Made by a program: the position numbers and the translations under genes. This document shows, in pieces, positions 22,982-33,102 of a stretch of DNA of 64,000 bases. Each line of letters opens with the position of its first letter. Position 1 is the stretch's first letter. The DNA is from an uncultured delta proteobacterium (GTDB taxonomy: Bacteria; Desulfobacterota; Deferrimicrobia; Deferrimicrobiales; Deferrimicrobiaceae). The notes beneath the pieces were generated by a model that made no database searches, was not told where the DNA came from, and saw only the letters and a list, made by a program, of their open reading frames with translations. Where the stretch lies: positions 294,663 through 358,662 of the forward strand of contig CAVXEY010000006.1 in NCBI GenBank assembly GCA_963760885.1, read 5' to 3'.

Positions 22982-24250
22982 ATGAACGTGTTCAACAAGC
23001 TTCTCGACCACATACCGATTCCCCGGATGGTTCGCGCCCGGCAGAACTACGAGCGTCCGGTCCTGGCAAACCCCGAGGAGGCGTTCCGCGCGCGCCTCCG
23101 GGCCAGCGGCCTCCTATCCGCGATCCGGAAGGGGATGACCATCGCGATCGCCGTGGGCAGCCGCGGCATCGGCAATCAGCCGCTCGTGGTTCGCGCCCTG
23201 GTGGCGGAGCTCAAAGAGGCGGGCGCGCAGCCGTTCCTCATCCCCGCCATGGGATCCCACGGCGGGGCCACCGCCGAAGGGCAGAAGGCGATGCTCGAGG
23301 GATTGGGCTTCGGCGAGGAGTACGTCGGCGCCCCGATCCGGGCGACGATGGAGACGGTGGAGCTGGGATCCGCGGGGCCGGATCTTCCGGCGCACATCGA
23401 CCGGATCGCCCACGCGGCGGACGGCATCGTCCTCGTCAACCGCATCAAGCCGCACGTCGCGTTTCGGGGCCCGTATGAAAGCGGCCTGGCCAAGATGATC
23501 GCGATCGGGCTCGGGAAACAGAGGGGGGCCGAGATCTGCCACGACCTGGGGTTCGGGAAGATGGCCGAGCATATCCCCGCGATCGCCCGGACGACGCTCG
23601 CCCGTTCCAAGATCCTTTTCGCCGTGGCGCTGCTGGAAAATGCATACCATGAAACCGCACGGATCGAGGTGATTCCGGCGGCGGAGATCCTCGAGCGGGA
23701 GCCCGCCCTCCAGGAGGAGGCGAAACGGCTTTCCCCGCGGCTCGCGTTCGACCGTCTGGATGTGCTGGTGATGGACGAAATCGGGAAGGACATCAGCGGA
23801 ACCGGTTTCGACACCAATGTGGTGGGCCGGTTCCACACGCCGTACATCAGCGGCGGGCCGCAGATCACGCGGCTGGTCGTCCTGGACCTTACCGACAAGA
23901 GCCATGGGAACGGCAACGGCCTGGGAATCGTCGACTTCACCACGAGGCGCGTGCTGGAGAAATTCCGTTTCGATCAGACGTATCCCAACGCGCTGACTTC
24001 CACGGTCCCCATAAGCGTGAAGATCCCGATGGTGCTGGAAAACGACCGTCACGCTTTCCAGGCCGCCATCCGGACCGCCAACCTCGTCCGCAAGGAAGAG
24101 GTGCGATTGGTGCGTATCAAGAACACGATCGCCATGGACGAGATCGAGATCTCGGAAAACCTGGTGGAGGAAGCGCGCGGGAATCCTTCCCTCCAGGGGA
24201 TCTCGGATGCTTTCACCCTGCCGTTCGATGCCAAGGGGAATCTTCTTTGA
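22982..24250 (+). CDS. LarA-like (DUF2088) lactate racemase domain protein
   Basis: AVGSRGI, PAMGSHGGAT, NRIKPH...ESGLAKMIAIGLG...EICH. Confidence 0.72.
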   Translation: MNVFNKLLDHIPIPRMVRARQNYERPVLANPEEAFRARLRASGLLSAIRKGMTIAIAVGSRGIGNQPLVVRALVAELKEAGAQPFLIPAMGSHGGATAEGQKAMLEGLGFGEEYVGAPIRATMETVELGSAGPDLPAHIDRIAHAADGIVLVNRIKPHVAFRGPYESGLAKMIAIGLGKQRGAEICHDLGFGKMAEHIPAIARTTLARSKILFAVALLENAYHETARIEVIPAAEILEREPALQEEAKRLSPRLAFDRLDVLVMDEIGKDISGTGFDTNVVGRFHTPYISGGPQITRLVVLDLTDKSHGNGNGLGIVDFTTRRVLEKFRFDQTYPNALTSTVPISVKIPMVLENDRHAFQAAIRTANLVRKEEVRLVRIKNTIAMDEIEISENLVEEARGNPSLQGISDAFTLPFDAKGNLL

Positions 24251-24293
24251 GCCGGAAACAGCCTTCCCATCCCATTTCAATGAAGGGTCGTGT

Positions 24294-25283
24294 ATGAAGC
24301 ATCCCGTTCTGGGCTTGACCATCGGTGATCCTGCGGGCGTAGGGCCCGAGATCTGCGTCAAGGCACTGTCCCGGAAGGAAGTCGTCGGGATCTGCCGTCC
24401 CGTACTTTATGGCGACGAAGGGGTGCTGCGGCGGGCGATGGAGGTCGTGCCCACGCCGGTGGAACTCCACCGGATCGGCCAGGCGGCGGAGTACCGGGAC
24501 GGAGTCATGAATGTCATCTCCCTTGACAATATGCCGGACTCCTGGGAGTACGGAAGCGTCCAGGCCGCGTGCGGAAGGGCGGCTTTCGAGTATATCGTCC
24601 GGGCGGTGGAGGACGCCAAGGCGGGGAAGATCGCGGGAGTGGTCACCGGGCCGATCAACAAGGAATCGATGAACACGGCCGGGATGCACTACGCGGGAAT
24701 GACGGAAGTCTTTGCGGAACTGACCGGGACGAAGGATTACGCGATGATGTTGACGGGTGGCCCGCTGAAGGTGATCCATGTTTCAACGCACCTCTCCATG
24801 CGCGAAGCCATGGATCGGGTCAAGAAGGAGAGGGTGCTGCGGGTCATTCGCCTCGCCGACGCGAGCCTCCGGGACCTGGGGTATGCGCATCGCCGGATCG
24901 CCGTGGCGGGGCTGAACCCGCATTCCGGCGAGAACGGCCTGTTCGGCAGCGAGGAGGCGCAGGAAGTGATCCCGGCCATCGAGGCGGCGAAGGAGGAAGG
25001 GCTGGACGTAACCGGGCCGGTGCCCCCCGACACGGTCTTCATGAAGGCGGCGACGGGGATGTTCGACATCGTTGTGGCCATGTACCACGATCAGGGGCAC
25101 ATTCCGTTGAAACTCCTCGATTTCATGGGCGGGGTGAACGTGACGGTCGGCATACCGGTCATCCGTACCTCCGTCGACCACGGAACCGCATTCGATATCG
25201 CCGGCAAGGGCACCGCCGACGAGACGAGCATGGTCAAGGCCATCGAGCTGGGTGTCCAGTTCGCCCTCAACCGGAGGAAGTAG
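24294..25283 (+). CDS. pdxA: PdxA2-type 4-phospho sugar-acid dehydrogenase
   Basis: GDPAGVGPE, TGPINK, GLNPHSGE, MYHDQGHIP, RTSVDHGTAFDIAG; catabolic context. Confidence 0.9.
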   Translation: MKHPVLGLTIGDPAGVGPEICVKALSRKEVVGICRPVLYGDEGVLRRAMEVVPTPVELHRIGQAAEYRDGVMNVISLDNMPDSWEYGSVQAACGRAAFEYIVRAVEDAKAGKIAGVVTGPINKESMNTAGMHYAGMTEVFAELTGTKDYAMMLTGGPLKVIHVSTHLSMREAMDRVKKERVLRVIRLADASLRDLGYAHRRIAVAGLNPHSGENGLFGSEEAQEVIPAIEAAKEEGLDVTGPVPPDTVFMKAATGMFDIVVAMYHDQGHIPLKLLDFMGGVNVTVGIPVIRTSVDHGTAFDIAGKGTADETSMVKAIELGVQFALNRRK

Positions 25284-25313
25284 CGGGTTCCCCATCCGCG
25301 CGGAGAAAACGAT

Positions 25314-27050
25314 ATGACGACACGGAAAATGGATGAAAACGGGAAAGACCCGCGAGTACATTCCGAGGGGAAGATTTCCCGCAGTCGGGACCTGACGGAA
25401 GGAATCGACCGGGCGGCGCATCGGGCGCTGCTCTATTCCCTGGGCCTCTCCCGGGAGGACTTGAAACGCCCCTTCATCGCGGTGGCGAATTCCTGGAACG
25501 AGATCGTCCCCGGCTGCGTTCCGCAGAGGCAGGTCGCCGACGCGGTGAAGCAGGGGATCCGGGCCGCCGGTGCCGTCCCCTTCGAGTTCAACACGATCGG
25601 CGTCTGCGACGGGATGGCCCAGGGGCACGTCGGGATGAGCTACTCCCTGCCCAGCCGGGAGGTCATCGCCGACTCGGCGGAGATCATGCTGGAAGCGCAC
25701 CGCTTCGACGGCGTGGTCTTCCTGACCTCGTGCGACAAGATCACCCCCGGCATGCTGATGGCGATGTTCCGGGTCAACATCCCGTCGATCATCGTCGCGT
25801 CGGGCACGATGGCGCCCGGAGAGTACAAGGGGGAGAAGCTCACCACTTCGGTGATCCGCGAGTTCGCAGGGCGCTGCCAGGCCGGAATCATCTCGGAAGA
25901 GGAGCTTGCGGAGGTAGAGCGCGTCGCGTGTCCCACGCTCGGGAGCTGCGCGATGATGGGCACGGCCAACACCATGGCCTGCCTTTGTGAGGTTCTCGGC
26001 CTGGCGTATCCCGCTTCGGCGACCATGCCGGCGTCCTCCAGCGAGAAGCTGCGCGAGGGGATTATTGTCGGGAAACGGATTGTCGAGTTGGTGAATCAGG
26101 ATGTGAAGCCCCTGGATCTGGTGACCCGGGAATCCTTTGTCGACACGGTCAAGTTCGTCCTGGCGGCGGGCGGTTCCACCAATGCCACCCTGCATATCCC
26201 GACGCTTGCCGCGGAGGCGGGGTATGAATTGAATCTCGCCGACATGGAAGCTCTCTGCGAAAAGGTCCCGTACGTTTCCCGGATCAACCCGTCGGGGAAA
26301 CAGACGATGGAGGATTTTCACCGTGCCGGGGGTGTGAGCGCCGTCTTCGCATCCCTGGGCGATGCCCATTTCCACCTCGACCGGAGGAGCGTTTCCGGGA
26401 AGACGCTGCGGGAGATCGCCGACGCCGCGCCGTGGACCGACAAGGAGATGATCCGTCCCGCGTCGGAGCCGATTTCGCCCATAGGGGCCCTCAAGGTGCT
26501 GCGCGGGAACCTCGCCCCGGGGGGAGCCGTCTGCAAGCGGTCCGGCGCCGACAAGAACATGTGGCGCCACTCCGGCCCGGCCCGTGTCTTCCACTCGATG
26601 GAGGAGGCGGTCAAGGTCGTGGAGGACGGGGGGATCGCGCCGGGCTCGGTGATCGTGATCCGTTACGAGGGTCCGGTGGGCGGTCCGGGGATGCGGGAGA
26701 TGCACCTCATCACGTCCATCCTGGCCGGATCGGGTCTGGCGCAAAGCACGGCGCTGGTTACCGACGGCCGCTTTTCGGGGTCCACCCGCGGGCCCTGCAT
26801 CGGCCACGTGACGCCCGAGGCGGCTCTCGGCGGACCGATCGCATTCGTGCAGGACGGCGACACGATATCGATCGACCTGTACGAGGGGAAGCTGGAGCTG
26901 GCGGTGAGCGACGACGAGATCGAGCGCCGGCGGGCGGGGTGGCAGCCGGTCGTGCGGCCGCACCGCGGCGTGCTGGCGTCCTTCGCCGACAAGCATCGCC
27001 GGGCGGCATCGGAACGGGCATCCTCCACGGACCGTGCCAAGGGAGTGTAG
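25314..27050 (+). CDS. IlvD/Edd family dehydratase, probably acting on a sugar acid
   Basis: [52 protein letters not shown]. Confidence 0.88.
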   Translation: MTTRKMDENGKDPRVHSEGKISRSRDLTEGIDRAAHRALLYSLGLSREDLKRPFIAVANSWNEIVPGCVPQRQVADAVKQGIRAAGAVPFEFNTIGVCDGMAQGHVGMSYSLPSREVIADSAEIMLEAHRFDGVVFLTSCDKITPGMLMAMFRVNIPSIIVASGTMAPGEYKGEKLTTSVIREFAGRCQAGIISEEELAEVERVACPTLGSCAMMGTANTMACLCEVLGLAYPASATMPASSSEKLREGIIVGKRIVELVNQDVKPLDLVTRESFVDTVKFVLAAGGSTNATLHIPTLAAEAGYELNLADMEALCEKVPYVSRINPSGKQTMEDFHRAGGVSAVFASLGDAHFHLDRRSVSGKTLREIADAAPWTDKEMIRPASEPISPIGALKVLRGNLAPGGAVCKRSGADKNMWRHSGPARVFHSMEEAVKVVEDGGIAPGSVIVIRYEGPVGGPGMREMHLITSILAGSGLAQSTALVTDGRFSGSTRGPCIGHVTPEAALGGPIAFVQDGDTISIDLYEGKLELAVSDDEIERRRAGWQPVVRPHRGVLASFADKHRRAASERASSTDRAKGV

Positions 27051-27061
27051 GCAAGGACCGC

Positions 27062-28387
27062 ATGAAAGCCCCCGGTTTCAAGGTCATCGTCATCGCCGAC
27101 GATCTTACCGGGGCCAACGATACCGGAGTCCAGATCGTGAAACGCGGCCTCGAGGCCGTTACGATCGTGGACCCGACCCTCGTGGACGCCACGCGGGCGG
27201 ACGGGATCGTGCTGGATACCGAGTCGCGCACGCTGACGACGGAGGCGGCGCGGGCCGCGGTTCGCGAAGCGGCGCGCGCGTTGGGCAGTCGCCCCGACGC
27301 CCTTCTCTACAAGAAGATCGATTCCACGCTGCGGGGGCATATCGGCGCGGAGCTCGGCGCTCTGATCCGGGAACTCGAACCGGAACGTGTGGTCTGCGCG
27401 CCGGCCTATCCGAAAACCGGACGAACGACGCGAAACGGGATCCACTTCCTGCACGGAGTTCCGATCGACCGCACCGAGGTGGCGGGTGACCCGAGAAACC
27501 CCGTGGACACGGCCAGCCTGCCCGCCGTGCTGGCGAAAGACGGCGGGCCGCGCTTCCTCCATGTGGATCTGGGCGCGCTGCGGTCCGGACAGGCCGGCGA
27601 TCCGGCGGCGGGGCGTTTCCTCAGCTTCGATTGCGAGGAGCAGGAGGATCTGAGGCGGATTGTCCGGGTCCTGGGAGAAACCGGAAAAAGGATTCTCTGG
27701 TGCGGGTCCGCGGGATTGGCCGAGGTCCTCCTGGAGGAGTATTTCCCGGCCGGCAAGGGGAAAGACAACGTCGGCGATTCAACAGGCCGTACGCCGTCAA
27801 CCGCGTCGGCGGGCGGGATCGACGGTGGCGGGCCGGTCTTTTCCGTTATCGGCAGCATGAGCAGCGTCAGCCTGCGTCAGCTCGAAACGGCGGTCGCATC
27901 CGCCACCGCTCACGTGGTTCGTCTGCAGCCGCAATCGTTGATCGATGCTCCCGCCCGGGAATGTGCGCGCATCGTTGCCGAGCTCGCAGACCATGCACCG
28001 CGGACGGATCACCTGATTCTCACCTCTCTCGGGACGAAGGCGGACACCCGACCGGCCGGATTCCCGGGAGGGGCGCATTCCCGGGAAGAGTTTTCCGAGC
28101 GGATTGCCGGGTGTCTCGCGGATGCGGCCGCCGAGTTCGTCCAAAGGAACCGCATCGCCGGGATGTTCCTTACCGGCGGGGATACCGCCATCCACATCCT
28201 CCGGGCCGTCGGCGCACGAGGCCTGCGGCTGGTATCCGAGCTGGAGGCCGGGCTCCCGGCAGCCCGGCTTATCGGGGGGATCCTTCATGGTCTGCCGGTG
28301 GTGACCAAAGCGGGGGCCTTCGGCGATGAGGGGGCCGTGGTGCGGTCGGCCCGGTATCTCGCGATGGAGTCCCGCGAGGGAAGATGA
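27062..28387 (+). CDS. Four-carbon acid sugar kinase (DUF1537, DtnK/DenK-like)
   Basis: IADDLTGAND, YKKIDSTLRG, LTGGDTA, VTKAGAFG. Confidence 0.9.
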   Translation: MKAPGFKVIVIADDLTGANDTGVQIVKRGLEAVTIVDPTLVDATRADGIVLDTESRTLTTEAARAAVREAARALGSRPDALLYKKIDSTLRGHIGAELGALIRELEPERVVCAPAYPKTGRTTRNGIHFLHGVPIDRTEVAGDPRNPVDTASLPAVLAKDGGPRFLHVDLGALRSGQAGDPAAGRFLSFDCEEQEDLRRIVRVLGETGKRILWCGSAGLAEVLLEEYFPAGKGKDNVGDSTGRTPSTASAGGIDGGGPVFSVIGSMSSVSLRQLETAVASATAHVVRLQPQSLIDAPARECARIVAELADHAPRTDHLILTSLGTKADTRPAGFPGGAHSREEFSERIAGCLADAAAEFVQRNRIAGMFLTGGDTAIHILRAVGARGLRLVSELEAGLPAARLIGGILHGLPVVTKAGAFGDEGAVVRSARYLAMESREGR

Positions 28388-29322
28388 AACATCGAATCCT
28401 GCAGACCGGAAGCCTGTCTCCCTCCTTCGATGCCGCGCTTGCGGAGCGGTTCGATGTCCATCCACTATGGCGGCAGGACGATCCGGCCGGCTACCTCGCA
28501 CGATATGGCCGTGCAATCGAAGGCGTGGCCACCCTGGCTCCGGTGGGTGTCTCGACCGGGCTGATCGAAGCGTTGCCTGGCCTGAAGGTCATTTCCTCCC
28601 GGGGAATCGGGTTCGAAAAGATCGACCTCGACAGCGCCCGTCGACGGGGGATCCAGGTGAGCGGCACCCCCGGCGTGCTGACCGACTGCGTCGCGGACCT
28701 TGCGTTCGGCCTGTTGATCGACATGGCGCGGCATATTTCCGCATCGGACCGTTTCGTCCGTGCCGGCGGCTGGATGGCGGGAAAGTACCGGCTGACCACC
28801 CATGTCAGCGGCAAGCGACTGGGCATCGTGGGGCTGGGGGAGATCGGGCGCGCCGTGGCGAAACGGGCCGCCGGCTTCGCCATGGAAATCCGATACACCG
28901 ACCGGAAACCGGTCGAAGGCGTTCCTTTCGGGTATGAACCGACGTTGAACGGACTGGCGCGGTGGGCCGAATTTCTGCTCGTCGCGGTCCCCGGAGGACC
29001 CGCCACACGTCACCTGATTTCATCGTCCATTCTTGAAACGCTCGGTCCCGACGGGTTTCTCATCAATATCTCGCGGGGCACGGTGGTGGATCAGGACGCC
29101 TTGGTCCGGGCGCTCGCCGAGGGGGCCGTCGCCGGCGCCGCTCTGGACGTCTTCGCCGACGAGCCCAATGTTCCGGAGGAGCTGCTTCGCATGGACAACG
29201 TCGTGATGACGCCACACATCGGCAGCGGCACGGTCGAGACGCGCCAGGCGATGGAGGATCTCGTGCTGGCGAACCTGGAAGCGTTTTTCAAGACCGGCAA
29301 GGTCCTGACGCCGGCGTTCTGA
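28384..29322 (+). CDS. D-2-hydroxyacid dehydrogenase (hydroxypyruvate/glyoxylate reductase-like)
   Basis: GLGEIG, NISRG, LDVFADEP, TPHIGS. Confidence 0.9.
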   Translation: MKHRILQTGSLSPSFDAALAERFDVHPLWRQDDPAGYLARYGRAIEGVATLAPVGVSTGLIEALPGLKVISSRGIGFEKIDLDSARRRGIQVSGTPGVLTDCVADLAFGLLIDMARHISASDRFVRAGGWMAGKYRLTTHVSGKRLGIVGLGEIGRAVAKRAAGFAMEIRYTDRKPVEGVPFGYEPTLNGLARWAEFLLVAVPGGPATRHLISSSILETLGPDGFLINISRGTVVDQDALVRALAEGAVAGAALDVFADEPNVPEELLRMDNVVMTPHIGSGTVETRQAMEDLVLANLEAFFKTGKVLTPAF

Positions 29323-29367
29323 CCGGTTTCCGCAAGAAGGAGAAATCGATTTCATCGGAGGAACCCC

Positions 29368-29799
29368 ATGACCGACCAACCCACCGGTATACCCGCGTAC
29401 GGACCCCCCATCGGCCTGTCGGACGCGAAGAAGCTGGCCGCCGCCGCGGAGGCGGAGGCGATGCGCAACGGCTGGGCGATGGTCATCTGCATCATCGACA
29501 GCACCGGCCACGTGGTGCTTCTGGAGAGACTCGACCAGGCGCAGTACGGCAGCCTCGAACTCGCCCGCGCCAAGGCCGAAACCGCACTGAACTTCAAGCG
29601 GCCGACGAAGGTCTTCGAGGACGGCATTGCCGGAGGGGGACGCAATGTGAGGTTCCTGTCGGTCCGTAACGTATGCGCCCTCGAAGGCGGCATCCCGCTG
29701 TACCGGGAAGGGAAGATCATCGGCGCCATCGGGATCTCCGGGGCCAAATCGACCGAGGACGCGCAGGTCGCCGAGGCAGCCGCGCGGGTTCTCGCGTGA
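29368..29799 (+). CDS. GlcG/HbpS (DUF336) heme-binding protein
   Basis: IIDSTGH, AKAETA, GGIP, GAIGISG, EDAQVA. Confidence 0.88.
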   Translation: MTDQPTGIPAYGPPIGLSDAKKLAAAAEAEAMRNGWAMVICIIDSTGHVVLLERLDQAQYGSLELARAKAETALNFKRPTKVFEDGIAGGGRNVRFLSVRNVCALEGGIPLYREGKIIGAIGISGAKSTEDAQVAEAAARVLA

Positions 29800-29856
29800 A
29801 GGACCCGCAACGTGCGAGGATCCGGCGTCATCCAATGCAGGTAGAGGGAACATGTA

Positions 29857-30018
29857 TTGAAGAACCTGCTTGCACTCGTGGTTTCGACGCTGTTCGGCTG
29901 GGTCGGGTGGGTGCTGGGGGAAAAGATCGGGTTCATGACCGCGTATTTCGCGAGCGGGTTCGCAAGCATCCTCGGTTTCTACGTCGGCTGGAAAATCACG
30001 CGGAGACTGATCGAGTGA
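29857..30018 (+). CDS. Small two-TM membrane protein (53 aa; not in ORF track)
   Basis: TTG start after gaggg; MKNLLALVVSTLFGWVGWVLGEKIGFMTAYFASGFASILGFYVGWKITRRLIE. Confidence 0.65.
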   Translation: MKNLLALVVSTLFGWVGWVLGEKIGFMTAYFASGFASILGFYVGWKITRRLIE

Positions 30019-30106
30019 AAAACGATGCGCGGTGCCCGCGCAAACGGGTTTTCCGCAATAGTGCGGAAGCGGCATCGGAAAAACAGCACGTTCCAAGGAG
30101 GTTGTG

Positions 30107-30812
30107 ATGGATTTCAAAGTGCGGACAATGCCGACGCCGATCGTCGGCGATCACGCTGGAAAAGGCTTCCTTCTTCCCGAGGGTATATGGATGGATGGCG
30201 CTCGGGCTGCTCGTGTCGGCCGTCGCGTCGTTCGCGCTCCTCTCCTCCCCCGAGGCCATGAAGTTCGTCTTCGGGTCGAAGGTGGTCTACTTCGGCCTCA
30301 TCCTCGGGGAGCTCGGGCTGGTCTTCTACCTGAGCTCGCGGGTGATGTCGATGTCGCCGGCGGCGGCGAAAGGGGCATTCCTCGCCTTCGCGGGGCTGAA
30401 CGGCGTCACGCTCGCCTCCATCTTCCTGGTCTACACGGCGGGGTCGATCGCGTCCACGTTCATGGTGTCGGCGGCGACGTTCGGGGCGATGAGCGCGTAC
30501 GGCATGGTGACGAAACGGGACCTGACGGGGTTCGGCAGCTTCGTCGTCATGGGCCTCTTCGGGGTCGTCATCGCGTCGGTGGTGAATCTGTTTCTCAAAA
30601 GCGAGGCGGTCTACTGGATCACCACCTACATCGGTGTCCTGGTTTTCGTCGGTCTATCGGCCTACGACACCTGGAAGCTGAAACGGATGGCGGAGACCCC
30701 GGAGTACGGCGAAGCGCTCGCCAACCTCTCGATCCTCGGGGCGCTGACCTTATACCTCGATTTCGTCAACCTCTTCCTGATGCTCCTGCGGTTGCAGGGA
30801 AGGAGAGATTAG
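30107..30812 (+). CDS. Bax inhibitor-1/YccA family membrane protein, probable frameshift near 30140
   Basis: RVYGWMALGL, SAYDTWKLK, GALTLYLDFVNLF; aaggagg RBS and ATG 30107 lie in another frame. Confidence 0.85.
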
Positions 30813-30910
30813 GCAGGGGATCGGCGGCGGGGCTTTTCCCGGAGAAGGCGTGACGCCGGCCTTCTTCAGGGAAACCTCGGCGTCCTCCCGATGTCCTGCA
30901 CGGCCTTTTC

Positions 30911-31321
30911 TTACTTTGCCCCGAGGGTTTTCGCCGCTTTCCGAACCTCCGTCTGCTTGACCCACAGGATCGCCCCGTACCGCCCTCCGCCCGCCGCGAC
31001 GGCGTCGAGCGCAGTAATGTTCACCCCCGCATCCGCCAGCTTCGACACGATCCCGGCGATCGCGCCCTTACGGTCCTGTCCCTGAGCCAGGAAAGCGGTA
31101 TTCTTCGTCACAGCGAGTCCGATCTTCCTCGCCGCCTTCCGGAAGGCCGGACCGTTCTTGGGAACGAAATCGATCTGGGCGCCGCGCCCCCGGGGAAAGC
31201 CGGTGAAGAAGAGGAGATCGATCCCTTCGCCGCGAAGCGCCGAGAGGATCCTCGCCCCTTCGCCGGCCTTGTTCGGCACCTGCACCTTGAAATAGTCGAC
31301 CTTCCGGATGATGTCGGCCAT
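30911..31321 (-). CDS. Tandem ACT domain protein
   Basis: VPNKAGEGARILSAL and DRKGAIAGIVSKLADAGVNI. Confidence 0.75.
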   Translation of the reverse strand: MADIIRKVDYFKVQVPNKAGEGARILSALRGEGIDLLFFTGFPRGRGAQIDFVPKNGPAFRKAARKIGLAVTKNTAFLAQGQDRKGAIAGIVSKLADAGVNITALDAVAAGGGRYGAILWVKQTEVRKAAKTLGAK

Positions 31322-31571
31322 GGTCCCTCCCTTTCGTCCCGCGTGGGGGCGCGTCTGTGTTGTCGGAACTTTTGAAACATCATTCTACCAATTCCCATCT
31401 GACGAGGGGATGTTCCGGGAAGAATTCCAATCCCGGGCCGGCCGGGTCGATCCGGCCGAACCGTTCCCTTGCGAGAGCACCAACGATGGACCCTTCGGGT
31501 CAGCACACCTCCATTTCCCATGATTCCGCCGATGGGGGATAATGGGCCCAGCACCGAGTGAAAGGGGGCAC

Positions 31572-32930
31572 ATGACCACTCCGACGCCGGCCGGCGCTCC
31601 CATCAACATCCTCGTGGTCGACGATGAAAGCAACATCCGGAAAACCCTCACCATCTGCCTGGAAACCGAAGGCCACCGCGTTATCGCCGTCAGCAACTTC
31701 CAGGACGCCGTCGCCGAGGCGTCCCGTCGTACCTTCCACTTGGCGTTCGTCGATCTCCGCCTGGGCACGGCGAGCGGACTGGACCTGATCCCCGTGCTGC
31801 TCTCGGGAAGTCCCTGGATGAAGATCGTCGTCATCACCGCGTACGCCTCGATCGACACGGCCGTGGAAGCCATGCGCCGGGGGGCGACCGACTATATCCC
31901 GAAACCGTTCACGCCGGCCCAGGTCCTGCTCTCCGTGCGGAAAGTGGAGGAAGTGCGGATGCTGGAGCAGAAGGTGGCGGCCCTCCGGGAAGACCTGGAG
32001 AGAGCGGCCCCGGAGGTCCGTTTTTCGAGCGAAAGTCCCGCCATGCAGCGCGCCATGGAAGTGGCCCGGCAGGTCGCGCCGACCGCCGCCGCCGTCCTCC
32101 TTCGCGGCGAGAGCGGGACCGGAAAAACCGTCCTGGCCCGCGCGATCCACGGCTGGAGCCGGCGCTCCGGAAAACCGTTCAATGTTGTGTCATGCCCCTC
32201 CCTGTCGACGGAGCTTCTGACGAGCGAGCTGTTCGGCCATGTGAAAGGCGCGTTCACCGGGGCGATCCGCGACAACCCGGGGCGTATCGCCGGCTGCGAG
32301 GGGGGAACGCTCCTTCTCGACGAAATCGGCGATCTCCCCCTTGCCCTGCAGCCCAAGCTGTTGCGGTTCCTTCAGGACCAGGAATACGAGCGGATCGGCG
32401 ATCCGTCGACGCGCAAGGCCGACGTCCGCATCATCACGGCCACCAATCGGGACCTGGAAGGGGAGGTGAAGGGGGGGCGGTTCCGGGAGGATCTTCTCTA
32501 TCGCCTGAACGTCATACAGATCGAGATCCCGTCGTTGCGCGAACGGCCCCAGGATTTCGAGGCACTCGCGATGCAGTTGCTCGCTTTCTACGGCAAGATC
32601 CACCACCGCGGTTTCGCCGGTTTCACGGAAGAGGCCATGCAAACGATGAAACACCACGCGTGGCCGGGGAACCTCCGGGAATTGCGGAACGTCATCGAAC
32701 GGGCTTCCATCCTGAGCCGGTCGGACCGGATCGGCGTCGAGCATCTTCCCGGGACCTTCTCCCGCGCGGAGGCGCCACCCGCCCCGGGAAACCTCGCAAG
32801 CCTTGAAAAGATCGAGGAGGAGCATATCCGGCGCGTGCTGGCTTCCGCGAAATCGCTACAGGAAGCGGCCGAGGTCCTGGGAATCGACCAGGCAACGCTT
32901 TGGCGCCGCCGGAAACAGTACGGTATGTAA
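31572..32930 (+). CDS. Sigma54-dependent response regulator (NtrC/AlgB-like)
   Basis: Receiver LVVDD...DLRLG, GESGTGKT, GAFTGA, WPGNLREL, C-terminal HTH. Confidence 0.93.
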   Translation: MTTPTPAGAPINILVVDDESNIRKTLTICLETEGHRVIAVSNFQDAVAEASRRTFHLAFVDLRLGTASGLDLIPVLLSGSPWMKIVVITAYASIDTAVEAMRRGATDYIPKPFTPAQVLLSVRKVEEVRMLEQKVAALREDLERAAPEVRFSSESPAMQRAMEVARQVAPTAAAVLLRGESGTGKTVLARAIHGWSRRSGKPFNVVSCPSLSTELLTSELFGHVKGAFTGAIRDNPGRIAGCEGGTLLLDEIGDLPLALQPKLLRFLQDQEYERIGDPSTRKADVRIITATNRDLEGEVKGGRFREDLLYRLNVIQIEIPSLRERPQDFEALAMQLLAFYGKIHHRGFAGFTEEAMQTMKHHAWPGNLRELRNVIERASILSRSDRIGVEHLPGTFSRAEAPPAPGNLASLEKIEEEHIRRVLASAKSLQEAAEVLGIDQATLWRRRKQYGM

Positions 32931-32947
32931 CGCACCTCTCCCTCCCG

Positions 32948-33073
32948 TTGCATTCTGCAATGGCCTCGCTGGGATTTTCCTTGCAAAAAGCAATACGCCA
33001 CGGAGCAGCCTGTATCAAGTAACCTGCGATTTCAACGGGTTGCCTGAAAGCCGCACCGGGCATGGGCTTTGCG
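32948..33073 (+). promoter_or_regulatory. Sigma54 promoter with two candidate enhancer sites and an IHF-like site
   Basis: TTGCAttcTGCAA (32948), TTGCAaaaAGCAA (32981), tttCAAcgggTTG (33030), gGGCATGggctTTGCg (33058-33073) with exact -24/-12 spacing. Confidence 0.7.
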
Positions 33074-33102
33074 TTTCCAATGTCCGGGAGGCGGCCCGAC
33101 GG

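Noticed and set aside
24294..25283. pdxA as evidence of de novo vitamin B6 synthesis
   Set aside because: Its context with the DUF1537 kinase and TTT transporter fits the catabolic PdxA2 class, and no pdxJ is in the window.
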